Positions 48,835 through 58,240 of a DNA stretch of 64,000 nt are shown here, piece after piece. The stretch is from an uncultured bacterium (GTDB lineage: Bacteria; Patescibacteriota; JABMPQ01; CAVVCK01). The notes beneath the pieces were generated by a model. That model was given only the letters and a program-made list of their open reading frames with translations. It had not been told where the DNA came from and did not search any database. The first letter of the stretch is position 1. The number at the start of each line of letters is the position of its first letter. The translations under genes and the position numbers were made by a program. The DNA is taken from assembly GCA_963746775.1 (NCBI GenBank), contig CAVVCK010000001.1, forward strand, positions 19,050-83,049, given 5' to 3'.

Positions 48835-49242
48835 CTAATATTTCAACAACAAAAATCCAAAAATAGCTAAAATCAATAATGCAGTAATGATACCGGCGAT
48901 AGCCTTAATCCTGCCCTGTGCCATCCCGGGCACAATAATTTCCTCCTCTGAGAACTCTTCTTTCTTCATTGCCTCTTTAGTCTCATCATCATCAATAAAA
49001 ACATTTTCTTGTTGAGCTCCTTCCAGAAGCTCAAACCCCCGTTGGGTTGTCCTGGGATCCTCTACTGCTTTCAAAACAACCTTAGGGGCCATGCCATTAG
49101 GAGATTGTATTCTAGGAGTCGGCATCCCCATGGTGGTACCCATATGGGGGCGCTCTGGGAGAGCTTCTAATCTTTTTGGCTTTTCTCCTTTCTTTCCAAC
49201 GCCTTTACCGATAACCTTGATTGGCTTTCCATTAGAAGACAT
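48835..49242 (-). CDS. Cassette F: tail-anchored membrane protein, moderately raised GC
   Basis: SD GGAG/GAGG; C-terminal TM AIAGIITALLILAIFGFLLL; promoter TTGATT-17 nt-TGTAAT at 49320-49292. Confidence 0.65.
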   Translation of the reverse strand: MSSNGKPIKVIGKGVGKKGEKPKRLEALPERPHMGTTMGMPTPRIQSPNGMAPKVVLKAVEDPRTTQRGFELLEGAQQENVFIDDDETKEAMKKEEFSEEEIIVPGMAQGRIKAIAGIITALLILAIFGFLLLKY

Positions 49243-49390
49243 GATTCCTCTCTTCTCCCCTTAGGGATTATGCGTGTTATTACAACATGCTATTACACCA
49301 TTTTGATATTAAAAAATCAATAAATTATATTAAATAATGACAATTTAATTAAATTTATATATTATAACAAGGACTTAATAAACTATAATT

Positions 49391-50518
49391 ATGATACACA
49401 ATTCATTACTTTTAACCAAATTCTTTCCGCCAGACAAAGGCGGTATCCAAAATTATTTATACAATATTTGTAAAAATTTAGAAAATAATAAAATATTTGT
49501 ATTAACGGAAAAAGAAGCTAAAAATAAAGAAGATTTTAAAATTTTTAGCTATAAAACAAAAAAAATATATTCATATTTAAACTTAAGCTTTTTGCCTGTC
49601 CTCCTTGAAGCTTCAAAAATAATAAAAAATAATAATATAGAAAATCTACTTTTAGGCCATTTCTATGTTCCCTACGCCCTATCTGCCCTAATTTTAAAAA
49701 AATTTAAAAAAATACCCTATACCATATTCACTCACGGATTAGAAATATTAGAAACAAAAAATAGCCGTAAAACGGATTATATTCTAAAGCTCTGTTTTAA
49801 AAATGCTCAAAATATTATTGTTACGACAGATTATTTAAAAAGAGAAATTATTAATAAATACCCCAATCTTAATTTAGATAAAAAAATAATAAAAATACCA
49901 CCCGGAGTTGATTCTGATTTTTTTAAACCTAATTTGGACATATCAAATTTAAGAAAATATCATAACCTGGAAGATAAAAAAATAATCTTTACCTGCGGAA
50001 GATTGGTTAAAAGAAAAAATCATCAGCTCATCATAAAAGCTCTGCCAGAAATTATAGAAAAAGTTCCTAATATTATTTATTTAATTGGAGGAGTGGGCCC
50101 CGAGGAAGAAAACTTAAAAAAACAAGTAATCACGCTTAATCTGGAAAATAACATAAAATTCCTAGGAGAAGTTAAAAATAAAGATTTGCCCCTATTTTAC
50201 AATTTAGCTGACATCTTCTGCATGCCTTCTACCTACAATAAAGAAAAAGGCGATGTTGAAGGCTTTGGCTTAGTCTTTATAGAAGCGCAGGCCTGTGAAA
50301 CTCCCACTATAGGTTCAAATACAGGAGGCATCCCTGATGCTATTATTAATAATATAGATGGATACCTTATAAATCCAGACTCAAGCCAAGAATTAGCTCA
50401 AAAAGTTATAGAGCTATTATTGAACAACAATTTAGCTCAACAATTTGGAAGAGCTGGCAGAGAGAAAGTTGTAAGAGAGCATAATTGGAGCAAGTTAGTT
50501 AAGAAGTTACCACGGTGA
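49391..50518 (+). CDS. Glycosyltransferase family 4 (PimB-like)
   Basis: FPPDKGGIQ, GRLVKRKN, EGFGLVFIEA, GGIPDA. Confidence 0.92.
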   Translation: MIHNSLLLTKFFPPDKGGIQNYLYNICKNLENNKIFVLTEKEAKNKEDFKIFSYKTKKIYSYLNLSFLPVLLEASKIIKNNNIENLLLGHFYVPYALSALILKKFKKIPYTIFTHGLEILETKNSRKTDYILKLCFKNAQNIIVTTDYLKREIINKYPNLNLDKKIIKIPPGVDSDFFKPNLDISNLRKYHNLEDKKIIFTCGRLVKRKNHQLIIKALPEIIEKVPNIIYLIGGVGPEEENLKKQVITLNLENNIKFLGEVKNKDLPLFYNLADIFCMPSTYNKEKGDVEGFGLVFIEAQACETPTIGSNTGGIPDAIINNIDGYLINPDSSQELAQKVIELLLNNNLAQQFGRAGREKVVREHNWSKLVKKLPR

Positions 50519-50546
50519 CATCCGAGATTGCCAATGTTAAATTAAA

Positions 50547-50615
50547 GTAGGTTGGGTTGAGTAATCGAAACCCAACAAATAAACTCTGAGTTACGCTTCG
50601 CTCAACCCAAACTAC
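50547..50615. repeat. GTAG-type REP inverted pair
   Basis: GTAGGTTGGGTTGAG...CTCAACCCAAACTAC. Confidence 0.75.
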
Positions 50616-50721
50616 TAAATAATATAATCCTCAATAATTCACATCAACAGCACCAATCTTAGAAATCCTCTTCTGACTCCTCTTTTTTAAAGGAGGAGGG
50701 CTAGAGTAATTTTCTCACCAA

Positions 50722-50748
50722 TAAAAAAACCGCCAATAAGGCGGTTTT
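50722..50748. terminator. Bidirectional terminator
   Basis: AAAACCGCC-AATAA-GGCGGTTTT. Confidence 0.8.
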
Positions 50749-50766
50749 AAAATATTCAAATTCTAA

Positions 50767-51411
50767 TTAAACCTTATCGCTTAATTTATACGCTTCGCTT
50801 TTTTCTACTTTCTTAGAACCCATCAACACAGTTATAACTATTGACAATAATATTCCTAAAGCCAAACCGGCAAAAGTATTTAATAATATATTAGGTCTAA
50901 CAGTCTTCTCTGAGGTAATAGGTAAATCCACCATTTTAATTTCAATCTGAGAGCCTCCACCATGATAATATTGACCATAATTGATCATGGTATAAGCTAT
51001 GCCAAAAGCAATTTGTTCCGCTTGTTTCTGATCTTCATTATAAACACTAATTTGAATAGAACCCGTTTCGTCGCTTAACTTTACCTTAACTCTATCTTCC
51101 CATTTCTTTTTTCTTTTCTCTGGATCAGAACCAAAATCATCATTTATATCAAATTTAGAAGTTAAAACTCTATCAAAAAAACTGGAGGTATAAACCATTT
51201 TAGAGATAACCTCACCAACTGTCTGAGCAGATCTAGCCGCCGTATAAGCATCAAGCCTTTGACCTTGATTCTGTATAACTAAAAGCTTTACATCAGATCT
51301 GTACTCAGGCTTCTGCACCGCACTAATACCAAAACTAGAAACAGTAATTAATACTGTTAATAGCAGGAAAAGATGCCAATATTTTTTAAGTATTTCAATA
51401 TAAATATTCAC
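50767..51411 (-). CDS. Wzz/Cap8A-like polysaccharide chain-length protein
   Basis: N-terminal TM, KPEYRS, C-terminal RPNILLN plus TM. Confidence 0.75.
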   Translation of the reverse strand: MNIYIEILKKYWHLFLLLTVLITVSSFGISAVQKPEYRSDVKLLVIQNQGQRLDAYTAARSAQTVGEVISKMVYTSSFFDRVLTSKFDINDDFGSDPEKRKKKWEDRVKVKLSDETGSIQISVYNEDQKQAEQIAFGIAYTMINYGQYYHGGGSQIEIKMVDLPITSEKTVRPNILLNTFAGLALGILLSIVITVLMGSKKVEKSEAYKLSDKV

Positions 51412-51503
51412 TTTTTTATAATTTAAAAATTATACTTTATTTAAACAAAAATTATTATAACATATAAACTATAAAAAATCAAGACTAAATTGTAATTTTT
51501 GTT

Positions 51504-52703
51504 TTATTCCCCTAATTTAAGCCTAGATGAAAGCTCTTGATTATCTCTAATGTACTTTATTTCTACTTCATCCCCTATATTATAATTTTCTAAGATTTGA
51601 ACTAAATCTTTATTCTGGTTTATTTCTATATCATTAATAGCATAGATTAAATCATCTTTCATAAGACCTGCCTTGTCAGCTGGGCCATTAGGAATAACGG
51701 CATCATCGTTTAATAGATACAGACCATAATCTTTAGGAAGTTCTATCTCTTCCACTAAATAAGGTGTAATTTTAACATATTTGATACCTAATTTTGGCCT
51801 TACTATTTTATTATCTTCAATTACACTATTTAGAGAATTTTTAATTAAATCTATAGGTAAAATATAATTTGATACCTTATTATCTTTATCTCCACTAACA
51901 TTAATACCTACTACCTTACCAGATAAGTCTATTAGCGGTCCGCCTGAATTCACCATATTAATTTCAGTATCTGCTAAAATCATCGCATTCACCTGCTCAT
52001 TATTTTCATTATTCATTATAAATGAATTTACGTTATTTATTATGCCTAGGCTAGCCTGATTTTGAAAATTATTACCACTATATCCTAGTGATATTACTTT
52101 TTGACCTAATTTAAGATCTTTTGAAATACCCAAAGATACTACTGGCAGATTATCCGCTTTAATTTTCAAAAATATTAAGCTAGAAGCATTATCAATGTGT
52201 ATAATATCAACATCATAGCTTTTACCATCCTGGGCAAAAACAATATATTTATCCTGATTATTATCTACTACATGGCTATTAGTTACAATCAATCCGTCAG
52301 AAGTAATTACAAAACCAGAACCATATGCTTGAGGCTGCGGTTTATTTTCATCCTTTATAATAGTTACTACTGCAGGCTTAACTTTATTGATAGCTTCATT
52401 TATAACACTACTTTCGTCAATTTTTACTGTTTCTTTTTCCTGAACAATAATTTTTGTCTCTTCTGGCTTTAAAAATTCATATTTCTCGAAAAAAGAAGTG
52501 GCAGCTAAATAAGGAAATAAAAATTTATCAACTAATACCCCACTTCCACCTCCAATAACTACTACAAATAAAAAAACAAATGTTGCTTTAAATATTTTTT
52601 TTATAATCCCAGGCTTTTTTTCTTTGCCCTTTATAGTTTCGACAGAAGAAGGCTTTTCCTCTTTATTATTATCTTCCAATGATTTTATTTTAATATTAGA
52701 CAT
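51504..52703 (-). CDS. HtrA/DegP-like serine protease with PDZ domain
   Basis: GSGFVI, VTNSHVV, NSGGPL, PDZ (PADKAGL); N-terminal TM. Confidence 0.9.
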   Translation of the reverse strand: MSNIKIKSLEDNNKEEKPSSVETIKGKEKKPGIIKKIFKATFVFLFVVVIGGGSGVLVDKFLFPYLAATSFFEKYEFLKPEETKIIVQEKETVKIDESSVINEAINKVKPAVVTIIKDENKPQPQAYGSGFVITSDGLIVTNSHVVDNNQDKYIVFAQDGKSYDVDIIHIDNASSLIFLKIKADNLPVVSLGISKDLKLGQKVISLGYSGNNFQNQASLGIINNVNSFIMNNENNEQVNAMILADTEINMVNSGGPLIDLSGKVVGINVSGDKDNKVSNYILPIDLIKNSLNSVIEDNKIVRPKLGIKYVKITPYLVEEIELPKDYGLYLLNDDAVIPNGPADKAGLMKDDLIYAINDIEINQNKDLVQILENYNIGDEVEIKYIRDNQELSSRLKLGE

Positions 52704-52770
52704 TTCAAATAATTAAACTATTTCTCAAAAATTTTGTTATCTTACTCTTGTGTTTTAATGTTTTTTCGAC

Positions 52771-53538
52771 TTAAAACGTCCACTTGGTAGTACTTAAAAT
52801 AATGGCTAAAGAAACAAAGGCTACTATTAAATGTTCTTTAACAACTTTTTTATTTAGGGTTTTATTAAAGTAGTTTTTAATCAACCCGGCAAATACATAG
52901 AACATGATAAATAAAACCATTCCTCTGGATATAAAACCTGTCGGCCAAAAAGACAGCGCCCAAGCCATTTCACAAGAAATAAGCCCAAATACAGAATAAA
53001 ATATTAGATTCTGACTTAATTGAATTTTGTTATAACAAAAATGAAAATAAGCTGCAAAAACTGAAATAAGTAAGGTTTGTAGCATTAAAATCCAAGTTGG
53101 AAGATTTAAAAATAAGTAAAAACCAAATATACAAGCATATGAGAAAAAGGCATAAACTAAAATACTTATTTCCCCCAAAGAATAATATTTGTGTTTAGAA
53201 TCTAGGGTTATTCTCTTGGCTGCTAGATTACCAGTATAGAAAGTAAGTAAGGCATAAACTAAGCTACCTATGGCAGCAAATATATGACGGAATAAATCTC
53301 CGGGGATAAAGACAAAGAAACCAATCAAACTAGCTAAAAACAAGATAGGAAATAAAGCAAAAGCCATTTTATCAGACTGAATCCTGCCTTTTCTTACAAA
53401 ACTAACAGATATTATAAAAGATAAAGTAATTAATAAAGCCGCCACTAAATAAACACGAGATTTATCATGGGAAATATATTCCAGTCCTCCTAAAACAGCT
53501 ATAAATACTAAAATTGATTTTATAAAAGAAGAAATCAT
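52771..53538 (-). CDS. Multi-pass membrane protein
   Basis: About eight hydrophobic segments, EMAWALSFWP. Confidence 0.7.
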   Translation of the reverse strand: MISSFIKSILVFIAVLGGLEYISHDKSRVYLVAALLITLSFIISVSFVRKGRIQSDKMAFALFPILFLASLIGFFVFIPGDLFRHIFAAIGSLVYALLTFYTGNLAAKRITLDSKHKYYSLGEISILVYAFFSYACIFGFYLFLNLPTWILMLQTLLISVFAAYFHFCYNKIQLSQNLIFYSVFGLISCEMAWALSFWPTGFISRGMVLFIMFYVFAGLIKNYFNKTLNKKVVKEHLIVAFVSLAIILSTTKWTF

Positions 53539-53622
53539 AAATTTTTTTATTTTCTTTCTTTCTATATTTTATATTCTATCAGATTTGCTATAATAAAAAA
53601 AGTACTAATTAAATAAAAAACA

Positions 53623-53869
53623 ATGGGATTATTTTCTTCAGACAAAAAGACAAAACATCTAAGCAGCAAGGAAGTACACAAAGCGCTATTTGGTATATCC
53701 GGCGTTAACAGATCAGAAAGAGAACCAGATTATGGATGCCCTAGAACCTGATAAAGATATGGGTGGCATTACTGAATTTGAATTGGAGAGAACCTTAAGA
53801 AGATTAGCTAGTCAGGGTATTATATCCAAAGGACGTATCGAAAGGATAAAAAAGAAATTATTAAAATAA
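53623..53869 (+). pseudogene. Small hypothetical gene with a single-base frameshift
   Basis: MGLFSS...ALFGIS continues as ALTDQ...KKKLLK* if one G near 53701 is removed; length 247 = 3x82+1. Confidence 0.55.
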
Positions 53870-53875
53870 ATCACT

Positions 53876-53946
53876 CTGCCGGACATGGATTCGAACCATG
53901 ATTGACGGCTTCAAAGGCCGCTGTCCTACCATTAGACGATCCGGCA
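53876..53946 (-). tRNA. tRNA-Gln(TTG)
   Basis: TGCCGGA acceptor, anticodon loop CT-TTG-AA, GGTTCGAATCC. Confidence 0.95.
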
Positions 53947-54022
53947 TAATTAAAACATTAAAACACAAATAAAAAAACTTGATAGATTCAATCTATTATA
54001 TCTTTATTTTTCTAAAAATCAA

Positions 54023-54493
54023 TTAAATATTATTAAAAAATGGCAAATTAAACTTGTCTTTTTTATATTCTAAATATAATTCTATATTTTCATAGTGATC
54101 AAAAGCTACTTCATCTTTTTTTGGTAAATCATTAAAATCAAACCATTTAACCTCAGCTACTTCTTTGTCATGTTCACCTGTTTTTTCTAAGGTTTTAACT
54201 AAAAAAATAAAATCTACATTTCCCTTGTCCCTCTTGGGATTTCCATTAATCCTAAATAATGTTACAACCCCAGAGTCATAACCAGTTTCTTCTTTCACTT
54301 CTCTTAAAATTCCTTTTTCTATAGTTTCCCCTTGATCCAAATAACCCCCAGGCAAACAATATAAATTTGGCATATACATTTTAGATGATCTTTTAACTAA
54401 AAGAATCTTATTATCTTTTTCAATAATAGCATTAGTAGTTACGTGTCTAAAATTCAATTTTTTATCACTATTTTCAAAATGACATGTGATCAT
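54023..54493 (-). CDS. Nudix hydrolase
   Basis: LPGGYLDQGETIEKGILREVKEETG, AFDH. Confidence 0.9.
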   Translation of the reverse strand: MITCHFENSDKKLNFRHVTTNAIIEKDNKILLVKRSSKMYMPNLYCLPGGYLDQGETIEKGILREVKEETGYDSGVVTLFRINGNPKRDKGNVDFIFLVKTLEKTGEHDKEVAEVKWFDFNDLPKKDEVAFDHYENIELYLEYKKDKFNLPFFNNI

Positions 54494-54571
54494 TTTTTTT
54501 AATTATTTAAGGTTTAAATTAATAATATCCTACATCCCTTTATTCTAAATTCAAGATTTAGATTCTATACT

Positions 54572-56533
54572 CTAATTCACCCCATGATAGTTATCTATTA
54601 CCGCTATCCCCACTCCATTGCGAAGTGCCTCATCGCCAAAAGCAAAAAAATTAGGCCAGGATCGAAGTTTACCTGAGGGCTCATAAGCTAATACTTGAGG
54701 ACCATTAGAGCCTATGGGAGAGACTAATAATTCATCAACACCGTCTAGATCTATATCTCCGGCAACATTAGTGTAATCACCTCTAATATGTTCTTGATAA
54801 GCCCACCAGAAGTTCTTTCTATTTCCATTTTTGTCAAAGACATTTATTTGGGAAGAACCGTTATTAGGAGTAGTATAGATTCGATCTTGAATACCAGATG
54901 CTGTTAATCCCTGATTAATAGGAGCATCATAAGCCCAAAAGTCTTTCTTGAGAGTACCGCCTACTGTATACATCCAAACTTTAGGTTCAGCTAAACCATG
55001 ATTAGGAGTAATTAGCAGTTCTTCTGCTCCGTCATCATATTGAAATGTACCTAAATTACAGCCAGCAGCACCAAAAGCAGCATCAAATTGGTTAATTAAT
55101 TTCCAGTTATCTATACCAGAAACGTCTCTAAAAATTTTTACTCGCGGATTATAATCTCCTGTCAAACAAAAAGCCGCATCATCTTGATAACCATCATTGT
55201 CAAAATCTCCACTCATTGCAGAGAGACCATCTCTGATAGAAGAATCAAAGACAAATTGTTGTCCTAGGTAGGAAACACTTTTATCTTCTTTAATACCAAT
55301 TACTCTAGCTTGTGGTCCACCATTGTTAATAGCAAAGATTAAAGCTTGATCCTTTACCCCATTATTATTAGCATCAATTGGAACCATACCAGCACCACCA
55401 GCGTAGGAATCAGGAAATAACCCGGTAATAACATCTCCCGTAGCAACACCTTTTCTATCATAGACTTGCGCTCTGGTTACCTCTCCGGGACCAGAAGTAG
55501 TGATTATTTTAGGAGAAATAGTGTTACCTTCTTCAGTGGTACGAGAGGCGGTGTCTTCAGTTGTTGTTGAAGCATCTGAGGAATTATCAGAAGAATCGTC
55601 TGAAGTATCGTCAGAAGAATCATCGGAAGTATCAGAAGAATCATCACTATCATCTCCAGTATCTTCTCCATCTTCACCACTATCTTCATCTTCTAAACAT
55701 ACGATAGGATAGCTGTTATAAGCCCACACATCTCCACTATCCTGGGCTATATAAATATTAGAGGAAGTAGAAGGACAAGAAGATACTACGCTTACACCCT
55801 CTTGACTATCACCTGGTAAATTATAAATATGGACAACCGTACCATCCGGTTCCATTTCCACTAATAAATTAAGAGTATCATAAATAGCATAAACCAATCC
55901 TGTTTCACTATTATAATCTAATCCTGAAATATCCGTGTAAGAATCATTAACGGTAATAGTATCAATATAAGTCACTGACCCACTTGTAGACAAATCAACA
56001 TCAAAGACATATATTTTCCCATCGTATTGTAAGCCAGCATAAAAAAATCCTCCTGAACTGCTATTCTTGTTAGTATAAGGATGCGCACCATTAGGTACAA
56101 AGGTTAAGGCTTCTAATCCTGAATTTGGATCTCCTGTCATCCAAGAGGTTAAATCCCACTGTTTCTCTCCGTAAGCTTTAGTGGATAAATTAAAACTTTT
56201 AATACTATCCGGATTTTCCACACCCACATAAACGTAATCTGTATTTGGATCTGCAATAGCAACACCTTCCAGATCATTACTAGTATCCGACCAGGTGTCT
56301 ACGCCAGATCCATCAATATTTATGGTGGTAATATCTCCGCCATCGCCTACTAAAACTAATTTATCAAGACGACTATGGTAAGCCAGTCCACTTGGTTCAT
56401 ATTCAAACCCTAAATTAGTTCCATCTCCAATAACTACTCCACTGTCACCTGGCCAATCTGCTGCGTATACTGAAATAGAAAATGATAAAATTACAACAAG
56501 AACAAAACTGGTAATTAATTTTAATTTTCGCAT
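54572..56533 (-). CDS. Secreted protein: YjiK/SdiA-regulated-like beta-propeller, Asp/Ser linker, FG-GAP-like C-terminal repeats
   Basis: Signal peptide; EPSGL, DLEGV, GLEAL, DISGL, SQEGV blades; DDSS repeats; GDFDNDG and GDIDLDG. Confidence 0.7.
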   Translation of the reverse strand: MRKLKLITSFVLVVILSFSISVYAADWPGDSGVVIGDGTNLGFEYEPSGLAYHSRLDKLVLVGDGGDITTINIDGSGVDTWSDTSNDLEGVAIADPNTDYVYVGVENPDSIKSFNLSTKAYGEKQWDLTSWMTGDPNSGLEALTFVPNGAHPYTNKNSSSGGFFYAGLQYDGKIYVFDVDLSTSGSVTYIDTITVNDSYTDISGLDYNSETGLVYAIYDTLNLLVEMEPDGTVVHIYNLPGDSQEGVSVVSSCPSTSSNIYIAQDSGDVWAYNSYPIVCLEDEDSGEDGEDTGDDSDDSSDTSDDSSDDTSDDSSDNSSDASTTTEDTASRTTEEGNTISPKIITTSGPGEVTRAQVYDRKGVATGDVITGLFPDSYAGGAGMVPIDANNNGVKDQALIFAINNGGPQARVIGIKEDKSVSYLGQQFVFDSSIRDGLSAMSGDFDNDGYQDDAAFCLTGDYNPRVKIFRDVSGIDNWKLINQFDAAFGAAGCNLGTFQYDDGAEELLITPNHGLAEPKVWMYTVGGTLKKDFWAYDAPINQGLTASGIQDRIYTTPNNGSSQINVFDKNGNRKNFWWAYQEHIRGDYTNVAGDIDLDGVDELLVSPIGSNGPQVLAYEPSGKLRSWPNFFAFGDEALRNGVGIAVIDNYHGVN

Positions 56534-56600
56534 TGCTTTTTTAATTTTATTTTGTATTTATTATAACAAAAAATCTCGAAATTTACGAGATTTTTATATT

Positions 56601-56671
56601 CTGCCGGACCAGGATTCGAACCTAGATTAGCGGAGCCAGAGTCCGCTGTCCTACCATTAGACGATCCGGCA
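56601..56671 (-). tRNA. tRNA-Gln(CTG)
   Basis: TGCCGGA acceptor, GCGGA-CT-CTG-GC-TCCGC anticodon arm, GGTTCGAATCC. Confidence 0.95.
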
Positions 56672-57211
56672 TTATTTATTATTGGGCAATACCTTCCCCT
56701 TAAAAATTAACCAATTTCCTTTCTTTGGATCTGATTCACCTTCTTCTTTTTCCCAACTAAATATGTTACCGCCCACACCAATAGCCCAGTCCTTCAATGA
56801 CTTATGCTGAGTTTCTAAAAGTAAAGTAGATATTTTTTTATTGACACATGAATAATTTTCTAATATTTTTTTTGTAGCTTCAAATAGGAGTGTTGTTTGC
56901 TTTTCTTTTCTTCTCTTATCTCCACTTGAACCAACGTCTATGTCGGTTATATAAACACCGAAAACATCTTTTCCAAGCTCTCTGGTCAACTTAATTCTTC
57001 TATTGCCATACTCCAAATTATAATGTATTTTTCCTCTTTTCCCCTCCTCTAAATATTTTTGCTCTAATTTATGTAGCTCATCAAAACTTTCAGGATATTC
57101 ATAACTTTCTTCCAACGAAACATCTAATCTAACATTTTTATATATTCCATTAATAATTTCTTCTTCTAATCCTCTCTCTGAATTTTCTAAATATCTATAA
57201 TTCTCGACCAT
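56672..57211 (-). CDS. Hypothetical protein
   Basis: 179-aa ORF co-oriented with neighbours; stop codon abuts the tRNA. Confidence 0.55.
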   Translation of the reverse strand: MVENYRYLENSERGLEEEIINGIYKNVRLDVSLEESYEYPESFDELHKLEQKYLEEGKRGKIHYNLEYGNRRIKLTRELGKDVFGVYITDIDVGSSGDKRRKEKQTTLLFEATKKILENYSCVNKKISTLLLETQHKSLKDWAIGVGGNIFSWEKEEGESDPKKGNWLIFKGKVLPNNK

Positions 57212-57224
57212 AATTAATAAATTA

Positions 57225-58142
57225 TTAAACTTTCAAATACTTTCTTATAGCAACATAGGTAGATATTATACTAAGTAATATGCCTAAACCTAATTGTAAT
57301 AAAATCAAATACCATAATCTCTCGTTAGTAAAAGATACTATATCTAATTGGTCATTTCCAATAAATTCAATTATATAAGGAGAAATGTATCTTAACAAAA
57401 AATATAACACTATGCTAGATAAAATACTGGCTATTAGGGCATAAATAATGCCTTCAATAAAAAATGGTACCCTAATAAATAAATTTTTTGCTCCAATAAG
57501 ACGCATTACTTTTATTTCATCTTTCTGTGCATATATGGCTAACCTAATAGTATTAAACATAAAAATAACAGTAATAAAGCTAAATATAATACCAGCTATC
57601 ACTCCTGCTTTTTCAACAAATTTAGTAGTGTTATTGATCTTATTAATAACGTTCTCATTATCATCAAAAGTAATTTTATCTACAATATTTGCATATTTAT
57701 CTCCTTTTAAATAACCAGAAATAATTGAGTAGTCCTCTGGATATCGAGCTTTAATAGTAAAAGAAGCTTGAAGCGGATTCTTATCTAGTTCTTCAATTGA
57801 TGAAATTATTAAAGAATTATCCTGATGCTTTTCTTTAAACAAATCCAGGGCTTCTTCTTTAGAAATATATTCAATAGATCTAACCTCAGGCATTACCTCT
57901 AGGTTATTTTTTATTTCACTTATTTCATTCTCCTTAATCTCAGGATTTAAATAAACACTAATATCAACTCTCTCTTTTACAGAAATTAGAGCAGATTCAC
58001 CAATCATACTTAAAATTATTAGGCTGCTAACAGTAAATAAAGCTAAAAACATAACTAAGGTAGTAGCTAGAGATAACCAAATATTTCTATAAAAATTTTT
58101 CAGACCAAATTTTAAAACTCTAAACAATGATACTAATTTCAT
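57225..58142 (-). CDS. ftsX: Cell division permease FtsX
   Basis: ISKEEAL, NPL, NTIRLAI, EIKVMRLIGA, PFFIEG. Confidence 0.93.
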   Translation of the reverse strand: MKLVSLFRVLKFGLKNFYRNIWLSLATTLVMFLALFTVSSLIILSMIGESALISVKERVDISVYLNPEIKENEISEIKNNLEVMPEVRSIEYISKEEALDLFKEKHQDNSLIISSIEELDKNPLQASFTIKARYPEDYSIISGYLKGDKYANIVDKITFDDNENVINKINNTTKFVEKAGVIAGIIFSFITVIFMFNTIRLAIYAQKDEIKVMRLIGAKNLFIRVPFFIEGIIYALIASILSSIVLYFLLRYISPYIIEFIGNDQLDIVSFTNERLWYLILLQLGLGILLSIISTYVAIRKYLKV

Positions 58143-58240
58143 TATGTGTGATGCTAATATACTAATGCATACGAATTATACGAATAAATTTATTAGTATT
58201 ATTAGTATCAATTCGTATATTGGCATCGAAATATTCGTAT

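Noticed and set aside
40946-49320. Integron cassette array
   Set aside because: No integron integrase in the window, the hairpins lack the RYYYAAC...GTTRRRY attC frame, and most cassettes have their own promoters
40946-49320. Assembly chimera with a GC-rich contaminant
   Set aside because: GC shifts track ORF boundaries repeatedly, all ORFs are co-oriented and the AT-rich flanks share motifs; read mapping is still needed to exclude it fully
38700-49320. Diversity-generating retroelement, retron or prophage
   Set aside because: No reverse transcriptase, template/variable repeat pair, integrase or phage structural gene is visible
55540-55690. Asp/Ser repeat in the secreted protein as a further GC-rich cassette
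   Set aside because: Codons are AT-ending like the background and no SD, boxA-like motif or paired arms were seen; it is an ordinary low-complexity linker
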